This document shows positions 26,263 through 41,381 of a DNA stretch of 64,000 bases, piece by piece. The notes under the pieces are model-generated. The model did no database searches, had not been told where the DNA came from, and saw only the letters and a program-made list of their open reading frames with translations. The DNA is from Octopus sinensis (lineage: Eukaryota): contig NC_043004.1 in assembly GCF_006345805.1 (NCBI RefSeq), positions 24,242,001 to 24,306,000 on the forward strand, written 5' to 3'. A program made the translations under genes and the position numbers. Every line of letters begins with the position of its first letter. The first letter of the stretch is position 1.

Positions 26263-27540
26263 GCTTTCCTCTTTACATATATGTAGATATACACATATAC
26301 GTACACACATACATATGATAGTGCCATGAACTTGAATTTAATTCTTGCTTATTGAGAACTCTTTTAAGGCAATGTACACAGAAAAGATGTAATTTCGTTA
26401 TATTTCAGAGATTTTTCCCCATTTTAATATTCATGTCTCTGTAATAATAACTTCCATTGTTAACCCCTTTTTGTAAAGATATTTTCAACCATACAAATTG
26501 ATCGTGGCAAATTTTGATATGTTGGAGGCTTCTACGGTTCCTTTCCTTATGACATGATATATATATATGAATGTATGTATATCGACGTTCAAATAAGACA
26601 TATATATATATATATGCGCGTGCTCGAAAAGCGTGCACATTTGAGTAAGCATCATACATTAGAAGTACTTAATTCATAGGAGTATAAAGGCAGAGTATAC
26701 ATTTCTTTTTTCATTGGAGCGGAACAGAAATTATTACTTCCCCGTAATGTGGACCTGAACGGTATAGACGCTGCGAAGAGAGAAGTATTTTACTGATTAA
26801 CAATATATATCATGTATGTGATTAGATGAATTTCAATATTCATATCTCATCAGGATACGAAATTAAAACATTCAAGATGTGTCTTTGTGTGTTTGTGCTT
26901 GTATGGTGGAGTTGGCATGTGTGTATTTGTGTCTGTGTCTGTATGCGTGTGTATCCATTTTCCTGAAATCACATATTCTATAACTGTACATGAAAGTAAA
27001 ATAGTTAATGCTTTTTTTTTTCGCTTGGTAGTAAGAGAAAAATTATTTTGTCTAAAAAATATAACACGGATCTAAAATTTTCGTATATTTCAAATATCAA
27101 TTCAGTCGAATAGTTGAAAAATATAACATTTCTATATCGTTTCTCCAAGAAGTTATTTGAAAATCATTTTGATTCCGGTAAATAGTGTGTGACATCTATA
27201 TATAATAATACTTATATTGTACATGCACCTATATATACTAATGTACAATACATGATATATATTTTTAATATATATGATTATATATAGACACATGCAAACA
27301 TACATATATGTGTTTGTGTCTGTATGTATGCATGCATATATATATGTATGTATGTATGCATGTATGTATGTATGTATGTATGTATGTATGTATGTGTGTA
27401 TGTATGAATGTAGGTATGTATGCATGTATGTATGCGCACATGCATTCATATATTTTTGTTTAATAAACTTTCGAAAAAGACAAGTAAATGCGTATAAAAA
27501 ATTCTGAATGCAAACAATCAGCAAATTTTAACATCATGCA

Positions 27541-27658
<118 letters not shown>

Positions 27659-27712
27659 TGTGTGTGTGTGTGAGCGTTAAATGTGTATATGTATGTATAT
27701 TTTGATACTCAC

Positions 27713-28463
27713 CTCTTGTGTACAGCGAAGCATCCGAAAGTAATTTACGTAGGTTGATCTCTGGACCTCGTTCATCAATCACCACATGCCAGACTTCATT
27801 TTGATGGTGATTGATCCATAATTGGTAAATTGGTTGTATTTGGAAATAACAGTTTGATCTTCCCATATTAGGGTCATGAATGTTATCATTGTAAATCATA
27901 CCGATATTTGTCCAGTTGAAATATTGCGCGATCGTGAAGAAAAATTGACCATATTTCTCGTAAGTTCCTTGGATGCGAGTTAGTAATTTGTACTCATTTT
28001 TGTTTTTGAAAGCATCTATATGAGCTCCGGCACTGATCACAGGAATTCCCCAGACTGGTGAGAATCGAGCGATAGGAGCCATAGCATAGTCACAACATGG
28101 ACCAATAAAAACGTTTGCTCTAGAACGTGCATACATATCAAATGCAGCTAGTGGGGCCATAATGTCGGAACATCTTGAGTCATTGACACTTACTTCGAGA
28201 TCGTAAGCCGGAAGTAATTGTAACTGGTTTCTAGCAGTTTCGATGGCATATTCTACAGCAGGCCTTGTCCTTTGTAATGACCATGGATAAGATGAATTTG
28301 TTGGAAGAATCAGACCAATTTTTACGACATTACCCCTTTTGTATCCAGTGTGTTTTGCCAGAAGTTCACCATTTATTCTTCCCATTATTCGGTGAACGTC
28401 GTCCCAAATGAAAGTGAATAGTATTGAAGCAACAAGTACGTGGGAATTCCTTCTAGGTACCAT
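27713..28463 (-). CDS. First coding exon of a natriuretic peptide receptor-like / receptor guanylyl cyclase (signal peptide + ANF-receptor ligand-binding domain)
   Basis: Translation includes VVKIGLILP, RPAVEYAIE, DSRCS, VFIGPCCDYAMAPIARFSPVWGIPVISAGA (cf. NPR1 [29 protein letters not shown]), LLTRIQG, FNWTNIGMIY and NCYF. A hydrophobic N-terminal stretch is present. The donor AG|GTGAGT at 27713/27712 is phase 1 and gives 751 coding nt. An acceptor (cctttcgtttgcactttag) lies at 28481-28482. The ORF tail 27534-27712 is intronic microsatellite. NPR-A/B versus NPR-C type cannot be decided from this exon. Confidence 0.92.
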
Positions 28464-28499
28464 CTCTACTTCTCATTTGTCTAAAGTGCAAACGAAAGG
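28464..28499 (-). promoter_or_regulatory. 3' splice acceptor plus 17-nt 5'UTR portion of the receptor exon
   Basis: Minus strand reads cctttcgtttgcactttAG|ACAAATGAGAAGTAGAG-ATGG: a polypyrimidine tract and AG 17 nt before a strong-context ATG. This implies an upstream exon at higher coordinates. Confidence 0.6.
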
Positions 28500-28824
28500 A
28501 GTAATTTATCTAGTGAACATATATTAATTGAAAACAAAAATTAGTGATACAAAGGTGTACATATGTGTGTACGTGTTTGCCACTATATGTGTGTGTGTGT
28601 GATATGTATATATATTGAGAGACAGCGAGAAAGAAAGACAGACAGAGAGACAGGCAGATAGATAGACAGAGATATAGATATACATAAATACGTGTATCTA
28701 TAATTCTGTGTTCTAAGCTTAAACAAACATATTCTCACACAGTGCAAGATTGCAATTTCGTACGAAGTCTATTAGAGAGCTCGGGAGGGCATGCATTGAA
28801 TATATGTGTAAGTGTGTGTATGTA

Positions 28825-28885
<61 letters not shown>

Positions 28886-28903
28886 TATATGTATATATAT
28901 ATG

Positions 28904-28952
<49 letters not shown>

Positions 28953-29475
28953 ATTATGTGTGTGCATATCATTTATTTGGTAGAACATGTAGAATGTTAA
29001 GTCGGCAATAAGTCACGAAAATGACTCCAGAATCGATAGCTCCGTACATGTCACATATCAAATGAATTATAAACATGAGTTCATTTCTAATATAGGGTAA
29101 GTTAATATTTCTGGAACACTCTACAAAAAAACTTATGTTGAAGAATCCCATGAAAATTATTAGATTTAACAAACAATAAGATACAGAAACACGGACGGAC
29201 ACACGCGTGTATACTGTGTGTGTGTGTGTGATTGTGTGTGCTATATGATTCACTGCAACTGGTATAAGTATGTAAATTAAGTATATTTCCCTGTACGAAC
29301 ATATTTGTATATGAACAATATATACACAAATATTATTTGAGAGAAATAATATTATGTACGTATTTTTCTACTCACACACACTTGCATACATTCGTGTGAA
29401 TATATCGATATATAATAAAGTTGGATATATATCCACAACATATGATATATTTATATATATATATATATATAATAT

Positions 29476-29525
<50 letters not shown>

Positions 29526-29564
29526 ATATATATAGATATATACATACATACATATATATATATA

Positions 29565-30248
29565 TTGGTAAAAACGGTAAGATAACAAAAGAAAGAAAGA
29601 GACCTCAATATTTTGTAAATAGAGGAAATTATCTATAAAATAATATGTTACAATTACTCAATAGTCAAGATAAAACTCTGAGTTTCAGATGCCGAAGTGG
29701 AAATCCACAACACCATCTCTTCGGTTATCTGGCCATCTGAAAAAACGCTATGAAAAAATTCCGTTATATAAAGGGAAATGACTGTGTTATAATTCTGCTA
29801 CTTATATAAAATAAGATTAAAACTTCATAGCAAACATGTCTAGTCATACGCTCACATGTGCGCTCGCGGACCCGCGTGCGTACTTATACGTCACTATGAA
29901 AACGTACACATCTTTACTCGCATTATTCGCCAAATATATACGCATATTTATATATTTGGCGAAACATGCGAGTGAAGATGTGTACATTTTCATAGTGACG
30001 TATAAGTACGCACGTGGGTCCGCGAGCGCACATGCAAGCGTATGACTAGACATGTTTACTATGAAATTTTAATCTTATTTTATATAAGTAGCAGAATTAT
30101 AACACAGTCATTTCCCTTTATATAACGGTATTTTTTCATAGCGTTTTTTTTCAGATAGCCAGATAACCGAAGAGATGGTGTTGTGGATTTCCACTTCGGC
30201 ATCTGAAACTCAGAATTTTATCTTGACTATTGAGTAATTGTAACATAT

Positions 30249-30252
<4 letters not shown>
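29565..30252. mobile_element. Foldback element: ~300-bp near-perfect inverted arms (29639-29940 / 29949-30252) with a 5' leader, inside (TA)n
   Basis: Arms are reverse complements with about a dozen substitutions and one small indel by eye. The loop is 8 nt (cgcatatt). The ORF track shows near-identical ORFs on both strands. Confidence 0.93.
29668..29730 (-). ncRNA. Type I hammerhead-ribozyme-like motif (mirror copy 30161-30223 +)
   Basis: AGATAA-CCGAAGA-GATG..GTGGATTTCCAC..CATC-T-GAAA-CTC A GAG-TT-TTATCT: stems I, II and III all pair, with a GUU site. Confidence 0.6.
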
Positions 30253-30299
<47 letters not shown>

Positions 30300-30431
30300 G
30301 AGAATTCACAAAAAAAAAATGATGAAGACATGTGGTGTAGACATAAATATGGCACCTTGAGAAAATTTCTTAGTGGTAAGACCATAGCGGATCTATTTCT
30401 AGCATAAGGGTGTCCACCTAATGGTTTCCCT

Positions 30432-30497
<66 letters not shown>

Positions 30498-30732
30498 ATA
30501 TATATATAATATATTATATATATATATATGCGCATACACACACGTGCATGATATATACCTTTGGACATATATGCATATTACAATGTAAATGAAAAGGTAT
30601 ATTTATAACTGTTTACATACAGAATACAGTTACACATATGTAGGCAAGCAACGAAGATAATTTCATTCGATATAACCTTAAAGGTTTAAGCATAAAACTT
30701 TAACACACACAAAAATACGTATATTAATACAT

Positions 30733-30803
<71 letters not shown>

Positions 30804-30811
30804 ATATATAT

Positions 30812-31188
30812 GGAGGGTGTTCACAAAGTCTCTCGGCGGTATTTTATTGCAAAATAAATATTTATAAGACAACAGAACATATTAGACTTTACAAGGCTTA
30901 GAAAAACTTTATAAGAGATGTTGAAAATGACGTTCTTCCTTTTCAATACATAAGTTGTCTCTTCTACACATGTTTTGAAATTCATCTCGAAGACTCTGAC
31001 CGTGTGAAGGTTATGGTTGCGTCTTTTAGCTCATTAATGGTTTTCGGGCGATTCTTGTACAGTGATACTTTACTTGCTACCAGAAAAAAAAGGCTGGTGG
31101 TGTTAAATCAGGTGATCTTAGTAACCAAATTCTCTTCGAAAGAATCCGCTCACCGAAAAATTCACTGCAGAGAGACATTTTGGACACC

Positions 31189-31191
<3 letters not shown>
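30812..31191 (-). mobile_element. Internally deleted Tc1/mariner element (MITE) with TIRs, in (TA)n
   Basis: TIRs gagggtgttcacaaagtctctcggcggt / actgcagagagacattttggacaccttc. Internal remnant RSPDLTPP on minus. Confidence 0.8.
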
Positions 31192-31227
<36 letters not shown>

Positions 31228-31230
<3 letters not shown>

Positions 31231-31388
31231 GAGTGGCTTGCCTACAAAGTACATGTTTCCGGGTTCAGTCCCTCTGCGTGGCATCTTGAGCAAGTATCTT
31301 GTACTATAGCTTTGGGCCGACCAAAGCCTTGTGAGTGGATTTGGTAGAGGGAAACTGAAAAAAGCGCGTTGTATATATATATATATAG

Positions 31389-31421
<33 letters not shown>

Positions 31422-31677
31422 TGTGTGTGTATGTATGTCTGTACGGTTGTTTGTATATGCTTGTGTGTCTGTTTTTGTCCCCCCCACCTTCGCTTGGCTA
31501 CCTGTGTTGGTGTGTTTACGTCCCCGTAACTTAGTGGATCGGCTAAATAGACCGGTAAAATAAGAAGTACTAGGCTTAGAAAGAATAAGTTATAGTGTCG
31601 AGTTGTTCGATTAAAAGTGGTGCTCCATCTGGTCGCAGTCAAATAAATTAGACTGAAACAAATAAAACAATAAAAGA

Positions 31678-31680
<3 letters not shown>
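31228..31680 (+). mobile_element. tRNA-derived SINE with internal TA/GT microsatellite (OR-like)
   Basis: ccgggttcagtccc..gtggcatcttgagcaag..ccaaagccttgtgagtggatttggtag..gtgtttacgtccccgtaactta..gtgctcca..gactgaaacaa. Confidence 0.85.
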
Positions 31681-31727
<47 letters not shown>

Positions 31728-32229
31728 TAAGCATATATCCAGACATATATACACATCCATATGCAACAACACCTACATGGAAATACATTTATACGTTTTC
31801 TGTCTGTGCCTGCATACTTACATGCATATGCCCATACATACATTATATTTATATGTACGCACAAAGCTGTACAGATATGTACATGCATATCATTATGCAT
31901 ACCCGTGATTCTATTACTCGTGGAAGAACATGTATTTTCAGATATGCATATTATTCGTATACTCAACTTGCAAAAATATCAATATATGAAGCTCTACTGA
32001 TATATTACCTTATATAATGAAATGAAATAAAATAATGAAATAATTAAAAACGTAAAATAAAATACTAAAATAAAGTAATATTCAAAAAAGAATTTCAGAA
32101 ATAACATAAAAATTACGAGGAGTGCTTTATACGAAGAGTAGGATTCAAAAGCAGTCCACTAAAGTACAAATTATTGCCTGTCAAAGAGATGAATGTGCTT
32201 ATAGATATATTTAAAATGCCAATACACAT

Positions 32230-32278
<49 letters not shown>

Positions 32279-33522
32279 CACGCTGGAACACAGTCGTATG
32301 TGCTTGTGTGAAGTATGTACACACACGTATATACACGCACACGCATATATATGTATATATACGGGATTATTGGGTTATATAAAGCTTATTTCTATAAAAA
32401 TAGTGTATTTGTTAAGAACGCTGTTTATATTAAAATCACAGTACATATAAAACATTCCTGGTGAACAGTTATAACATAGAGATCATTTTGGCAAGGAAAG
32501 TAGAATTGTATACAAATTACATAGAGTAAATATTGCGTGTATATAAGTGTGATGTCTGTAAGTTGTGTGTGCATTGAGGTTGGTGTAACGGGAAATAACT
32601 GCATCCTATAGGATAGAAGGATAAAAGGCTATCGGGTGTCGGACTTCAGAATGAATTAAAAGCCTGCGTATTATCATCAAGTGGGTAGCTGGCATGACTA
32701 TAGAATACATTTACTTTTCCGAGAACATGAAAAAGTCAATTCTACTAGAGAATGTAATTGCTTAACATTTTGTATAACGGTATTGAAGATCTCGAATAGG
32801 GGGAGGGGCACTTGTTGTTATTGATTTATACAGGAGCAGATAGGATTATGAGCATTTCACATTTATTGTTATTCAAACACAAAATTTTAAACTCGAGAGT
32901 GTTGCTTTTGCTCTTTTAGTTTCAAGTCTAAACATGCTAGTATGTTGGGCATAACAAGAAACAAACGAGGTCCCGGTAAGGCCTATGTACTACTGGTATT
33001 ATTATCATCGGTGAAAATAGCGGTGCACTAAACAATGCTTTTGTCAAGGCATTTACCGAGTGTAGAGTTTTTACTCCTATTGTGACAGCTGCTAAGTGGT
33101 GAGCAATAATGAATGGAAGAGGGAACAAATTCCTTCCGATTGATTTTAAATAAAGAGTAGGCAAAAGTATCTCTGCACCTACAATTTCTTTTGAGGTCAT
33201 ATCTATTTAAAATTTTGCTGATATTATCGATACTTCTATTAACTTAATTTACAGATCTGAAAATATTAGTTAAAAAATTTCACCCAAAAGTGGGGTTATA
33301 CCATATAGTTTCACTTTACATCTTATTCCTTGCATTAGAGGATCTGTGTGGAGGAATGTATTCGTAGGAAAATAAATATGTATTATTGATTTCTCAAACA
33401 ATATTTATGTATATTTAAGTTTCATATATGAATATATTCATACGTTCAAGCACATGCATTTTACATGTTTGTAGCAGCGGCGTACACACACACGTGTGTG
33501 TGTGTGTGTGTATGTGTGTGTT

Positions 33523-33566
<44 letters not shown>

Positions 33567-34609
33567 TGTGTCTGTGTCTGTGTGTGTGTCTGTGTCTGTG
33601 CTTGTGTGTGTGTATTTGTTAGTATTTAATTATTTTCTTAAGCCTACATTTTTCAACGGGCAGTTTATTCTAAATTTCCAATTTAGACGCAACTCTCGAA
33701 CGTGAATTCTTATTAGAACATTCCAGAAAGAATCGAAATTTACACTATATAAGAGAAGGAATTTAGGATCTTAAGTCAATGTGATATTATACATGAAAAT
33801 TTCGTTGATTCACTTTCGTAACGTTGTACCCATTTAACAATTTAAAAAATTACATACGTGTTTGTATGCCTCTGAGTATATATATTCATACAAAACTTCA
33901 AACACATATAACGAAATATTAAACTTAAGCATTAATTACCTGCAATGCTCTTACAATAATTTCCTGTTGGTTGGGAAATTAGTCGCGCTTACATCACCAG
34001 ATGTGGTCTTTCTTTGAAATGAACTTTCCTAAGTTAATAGTTTAGTTTGACTATTCCAATATCTGTTTCCTCCAATAAAGAACAGCATTCAGTAACTTGT
34101 TGCATGAAGATGTATCAAAAAACAAAACGCAACCATTATTTTCAGCACAGTAAAAGGGCTGCTTTCTATCAATGGATGGAAATTCAAAAGAAAATTTTCG
34201 TGGTAAAAGAAGTCACACATTCTGTCAAGTCTTATGACGATGGCAATTTTGATCGAAGTCTCGACATGGTGCCGAGTCTTTATACTGCTTATGAAATCGG
34301 TCAGAAAAGAGTTGGATTAATAAAGATTGTGCAGCATAGATCGTAAAACAACAAAGAATTACACTAACAAAATCGTCTTGAAATCTTTCAGCATTCTTTG
34401 CATTGCTTTGATATTGATCGTGCCATTTTCTAACACTCTCCTGGAAAGATATTGTCGCTGGTGAGAAATTTTATAAGTGCATTGCGGATACTTAATGACT
34501 CAACCCCGTATAAAGAATGGCTGAAGTGAAAGGATTCCAAACATAAAACCTTGTCGTAGAAATAAATTAAAGTGAACACACATACACATATATATATATA
34601 CATACATAC

Positions 34610-34705
<96 letters not shown>

Positions 34706-35024
34706 TAATAAAATCAAAATCAAGCCGCAAAACATAAAAGCAGAAATATATATGACACCAATTGTTTCACATAAAGCATATTAAGCAGAGTGCTTTCTCA
34801 GAATTAATTAATTTTATCTAAACAATGATATAATATACATAAAAAGATGAATCCACGGAATAAGACTATAAAAATATACGCTTATCCATTAAAATACGTA
34901 CATGTATTGAATACACCTCCCAACTAAACACATATATATCAGTAGTTTTGTATAACGCCATCTCTTTTCTATCCACCAATGGCAGCAGGACACTAGTGAT
35001 TTTACTGCTACGAGTGTCACGAGT

Positions 35025-35243
35025 ATTCTTTTATTCCTTTACTTGTTTCAGTCATTTGACTGCGGCCATGCTGGAGCACCACCTTTCGAAGAATAAATTG
35101 AACCCAGGACTTATTCTTTGTAAGCCTAGTTATGATTCTATCGAAATCTTTTATCGAGCGGTTAAGTTACAGGTACGTAAACACACCAACATCTATTGTG
35201 AAGTGATTGGGGGGGCAAACACAGACCCACAAATGCATATATA

Positions 35244-35278
<35 letters not shown>

Positions 35279-35425
35279 CGACGGGCTTCTTTTAGTTTCT
35301 GCCCACCAAATCCACTCAAAAGGCTTTGGTCAGCACGAGGCTATTGTAGAAGACATTTGTCCAAGGTGCCACTGGATAGAACCATGTTGTTGCGGAGCTA
35401 GGTTCTTACCACACAGCCCTGCCTA
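35025..35425 (-). mobile_element. Same SINE family as 31228
   Basis: cttgtttcagtcatttgactgcggccatgctggagcacc...ccaaatccactca..aggctttggtc...cttaccacacagcc. Confidence 0.85.
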
Positions 35426-35434
35426 CGCATATAT

Positions 35435-35492
<58 letters not shown>

Positions 35493-35609
35493 CCTCTGTA
35501 TGTGTGTGGTTTTTGTCTGCCCCTCCACTAGTTCTGCTATCCAAAGAGATATTATACGTTCATAGGGTTGATTTCCTGGTTTATGTGGTGAATATGCTCT
35601 CTACTCGAC

Positions 35610-35922
35610 GGGACGCTGTCTGTCGTAGGATTACACACATTTGCCAATTGAATGGACTGGACCAACTAACAGATTCTGAGACCGGGCGTTGTGAGTGTTT
35701 TTTGAGCGAAAACACCTGAACCTCCACGAGGCTCCGGCAGAGGGTGGTGGCGATCCCTGCAGTACTTTTTCGCCACAACTCTCTCTCACTCTTTCTTCTG
35801 TTGGCCTGCTTGCTTAGTCTGCGGGTGACGTCATTTTGAAGGCTAAAACAATGATAAGCGCATTGTGACCAGCGATGTTTAGCAACATCTGATAGCCTGG
35901 TCGGTCACGGTGATCACGGTGA
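35610..35922 (+). mobile_element. SINE/LINE-tail-like repeat ending in (CACGGTGAT)2 before (TA)n
   Basis: GC-richer block ending cattgtgaccagcgatg..caacatctgatagcctggtcggtcacggtgatcacggtgat. Family assignment is from recall only. Confidence 0.5.
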
Positions 35923-35930
35923 TATATATA

Positions 35931-35975
<45 letters not shown>

Positions 35976-38480
35976 CAACTAAAGGACTACATAAACATGA
36001 TATGAATACATAACGAATTATGATTTTGTTTGTTTATGCTGCTTATCTTTCATTTCCTTTATTTCCCATTCACTGAAATAGCTCCATAGATGCTCAATCA
36101 CATTATTCTGCTTGTCAATTCAAACACATTGAAGCCTATAGACTGAATTCCTTCGTATTTTAAGCTGTTTATTTACCTTATCCAATCTACGCATGTGTCC
36201 ATTCACTTGCAAGTAGACCACTTGTCCAAACTTTTAGCTTCTTAAAGCTCGGAATGCTAAAGTATTCGTCTCCTAATTCGTTTTTTGTAAACTAGTAGTT
36301 TATGTACAGCATAGACATTCAAATAGCATTTCAAATACAAGGTATAAATAAATGTCTACTAATATCTCTGGTATTAAATGGATAAGATGCCATCGTTTAA
36401 GAATGTATTGCAGAAGATCTATATTATTTCACTCGATTCACATCTAAGGTACGTCAATACTTAACGTAATTTAAACTATTATTCTTAGTCACTTCTTAAC
36501 CCACTAGTGTATACAAAACATAAAAAATCTGATTAAATGAAACCTTGACTCGATTAATACGTAATCCTATTTAGATTAAATGTAAATTGACAAATACCAG
36601 GGTCATCATGGATATCACATTTGTGTAGTGACCACATCACCATACATCTTTTGTGCTCATATATGACTAACATTTTGTTTTTGGCTAGTTATAAGAACTA
36701 TAAATCGCTCAATAAAAATTGTATATGGATCAGTTATAGACTCACAAATCACATTAGTATACTCAGAGTATCCAGTAACAAGGACCAGTTCAAATTTTTA
36801 GAAACTGAATGTAACTCAGGAGACTATAGAATGTCCCCTTAATGAATAATCTTTATCGAAAGAAATTGTATATGGAACGAAAGTATATATCAAGTGAGTA
36901 CTATGGAAATATTAAAATATTACGCTAGTATGTCCTAATATTATCCCGATGTTTATGTATATGAACCTTGATACAACGATGAGCTGAACTATTGGATGCC
37001 TGGCTATGACTTGTTCAATCATCAAGTACCTAAACATTTTACAGAAATTGAAGTAGATAATGCCAACTGTGCATTGCAAAGAAATACCATATCGAAGTAA
37101 AGAAGTTGACACGTTAAGTAAAACGGTTGGGGAGAATATACAAATACTGTCAAAACGACAACTTTATCGTGCCAATTAAAAGATTTTTTTCCAGTCGAAG
37201 TATTGATATTTTAAATTATTCATGGAACCTCACTACCAAATCGGAAATTTGGTACTGACAGTCCGTGGATAATTCTGAGATTGCATTTCCGTCTCGAAAA
37301 TATTCCAAGATGGCTTCAATCAATTCAACAGAATACCTTCTTTAATGCATATCAACCACCATAAATTTTAAAGCAAGAATTACGAAATAACCAAAAACAA
37401 AAGATTTCCAAACTACAGTTGTCATTTAGCAAACTTACGGGATCGGAAGTAGTTTCGAGAAAATCTCAGCCATACATTATATCTAACATTTCTCGCAAGA
37501 GTAAAGAAAACATCAGATTAAATGCAAATACATTTAAATTTAGTTCCCACCAGCCTATGTAGACATTCAAAGTGTTGAGAACTAGCCTCGCCATTCACAA
37601 TTATTATTAAAGAACATAATAACTTTCTCTATCAAATAATACAGTTTATACTCAGGCAACCCTCAAAACAATCATGGAGTTTATGCATATTTGAGGAAAT
37701 CTACGTAGAAAACAGAAAACAACACATCAACGACCTAACAAACCGTGATTTTTCTGATGCATGGATGTGTGGAAGCATTTTCCCAAAAGAACCCAGATAT
37801 AATTCGACAAATAAATAAACCCATTGAAATAATATAGATTTAGAATGACACCACTTTAAGTACAATTCCCCCAGATCACTTTGACAAATTCTTAATATAT
37901 ATTCACATATGCATGTACGAACACGCATGCATACAAACATACATACTTACAAAGATATATGTATTTTTTGTTTCGGAAGTTTTTTTCACACAAATCAACA
38001 TTATTATTTAAAATAAAATTATAGAGCATACAAAAATGTATTTAAACAAAGAAACAAAGCCAAAGCCATACTGACAAATGATAATAATTATTATCTCAAC
38101 ATTCTAACACACCTGTAGAGTTCATAAGGAAAATTTAATAAAATGTAACCTACAAAGAGCCTGCATCAAATTTTGCTAACAGCTCGGCGATACCTGCTCA
38201 GAGGCCTAGGCAAGCTTTTCAAAAAGTTTTTATCGTTCTTTGACACACCCAAGGGGATCTTGTGCAATTGAAACTCAAGCTGTCTTGCGCATGTATTTAC
38301 CTTGTGTTTTCAGTACGTATTACTGCCCTTTTTAGCATGTAATAAGTCATGTCAAGCGTCTTCTCTCTATATATAAGTCTTTATACAATGTTATATAAAA
38401 TATTTTATTTTATGACTTTTATTAAACATGCGAGCCACTGTTGATAAACTATTTTAATTTTTTACCCTTATAATTATGCA

Positions 38481-39325
<845 letters not shown>

Positions 39326-41289
39326 GCTTTGAGCATATGGATCCATATCCTCGAACATAGAAAGATCTTTTCGATATATGCAAATGCCTGCTATATATTC
39401 TTAATGGTAAGGTAACGTGGATGAGGTTCGACTTCCTCTTCTTCTTTATTTTGCCGCTCGTGAAGCTCTATTAAATCCTCGTTTGTCAGGGCCAGCTGGT
39501 CTTTTTCAAATAAATCTATGAAATCCTCCTTCTCCAAATCCATTTCCAGTTCTTTGCTCGTAGTCACAAATGTTTTGTTGATGACAACATTACCAAACCC
39601 CTTAAAATCATTCACGAATTGCGAGCATAGCTTCCTATTCATACACTATTCATAGCCGTACCTTGTACGTCATTCCATGCCGCTGGTATGATTAGTACAG
39701 CCTTGTAGATATCGTATCACTTGTAGATTTTGTACCTCTTCCAAGTGTGATGGACTAATCAAGATGTGTTGCAGTTATTGCATGCCGCAGTGTTCGCTTC
39801 ATATGGTAACGCTTGTAAATAGCAATTATTCACTGTTCCATTGGCTGCAGAAGAGTCGTGGTGTTCTGAGGGAGGTATACAACAGTAACAATGGGATAAA
39901 AATTTATGATGTTTTGTGGATGGCCAGGAGCATTATCTAGTATAAGTAAAACCTTAAAAGGAATCCCTCTCTCACAGTACTTCTGTGCTGCCGGCATAAA
40001 ATGATTGAAGAACAAATCTTCAAAAGCAACACCAGTAACCCATGCTTTTAAATTAGCCATTCATATAACAGAGAGAGATGCCTTAGTTATGTTCTTCAGG
40101 GCACGGGGGTTGTGTGCAATGGCTTTAACTTAAAACCTCCTGCGCAATTACCTCCCAACATAATTATTACACGTACTTATGAGATCTTGTAGCCTGGAAT
40201 AGCTTTCTCCTCCTTGGAAATGAATGAACGGTCAGACAATTTTTCCAATACAGTCTAGTTTCGACTACGTTAAAAATCTGTTCGGGAAGAAACCCGTTTT
40301 CTTGGATGTATTAGGAAATTCTTTAAGGTATTAGGAAATTCTGCTGCTGCTGCTGCTGCTTGTTCGTCAGCTGATGCCCTTTCACGATGCTTCTTAATGG
40401 AGTGATAACTTCTTCGCCCCTTAAATCTCATGAGCCATCCTTGACTTGCCTTGAACTCTACATCTTTCTGATCTGGGTATTCTTTCAAGTCCTCAAACAA
40501 AGACGACGCTTTCTCTTGAATGATTTCCTTACTAATAGTAGCACGCAGACGATTCAACCTAACAATCCACAGAGAAAGAAGAATTTCCATTTCTTCAAAG
40601 ATTTTGCTTCTTTTCTTATTGATGACAGTGTTCTTCATCCATGGGGCTTCAGATGTAATAAAATCTACTCCTTATTGTGTACAATCGTTGATACAGTTGT
40701 TCGACTCATCCCAAAATATCGTACAATTACTAACACTTTTTCACATTTTACTTGGCGTTTTGTGATAGCCAGTTTATAGCATGACACTTAGCACTTTCAC
40801 TATGAATTTTCTAAGGAGCAATGGGGACAAAAAATAAAGTCACAAATGAATGAGAATGAGAAAGATAAACAGACGTAAACAAATCTGAATTCAAAACAAT
40901 CGCGTGAATCACGTGTGACAACGACGCCTAACGATAGATATTGGAACTACAGTGCAATATGAGCTCGGAAAGGCTGATAAATACGACAAGATAGATGATT
41001 TCATCACTTCGTTCACTAAGCTACATAACTTTATGGTGTGTGTCTTAACATTTACTGTATGTGTTTTGATATGATTTTATATGCTTTTATTCTTATTTAA
41101 TGTACAGTAACATGATTTTATATGCTTTTACGGATTTTTAGTGATTTTACGATTCCAATATTTGTGGCGGACAGACGCAAAGTCGAGTAAAATGACTTAA
41201 CTAGATTTTTATTTTTCCATACATTATTCTTGAAAACCGACGTACAATCGAGAACGACTTGAGTCGAAACAGCTTAAGCTGAGGTATGC

Positions 41290-41292
<3 letters not shown>
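39326..41292 (-). mobile_element. Tigger/pogo DNA transposon fossil, 3'-truncated
   Basis: TIR TA|CAGGCATACCTCAG at 41292. CENP-B-type HTH (EMEILLSLWI..IIQEKASSLFEDLK..FKASQGWLMRFK, 40270-40638) and DDE_1 (KAWVT..KVLLILDNAPGHP..LPQNTTTLLQPMEQ, 39830-40060). Frameshifted. Confidence 0.93.

Positions 41293-41381
<89 letters not shown>

Noticed and set aside
29836-30053. Two near-identical 69-aa ORFs on opposite strands
   Set aside because: An automatic consequence of the palindrome; no coding signal.
33930-34460. 99-aa ORF (34047-34346) or candidate 5'UTR exon near a minus-strand CAG|GTAAT donor
   Set aside because: No recognisable protein motif and a non-ATG start. A splice donor alone is not sufficient evidence.
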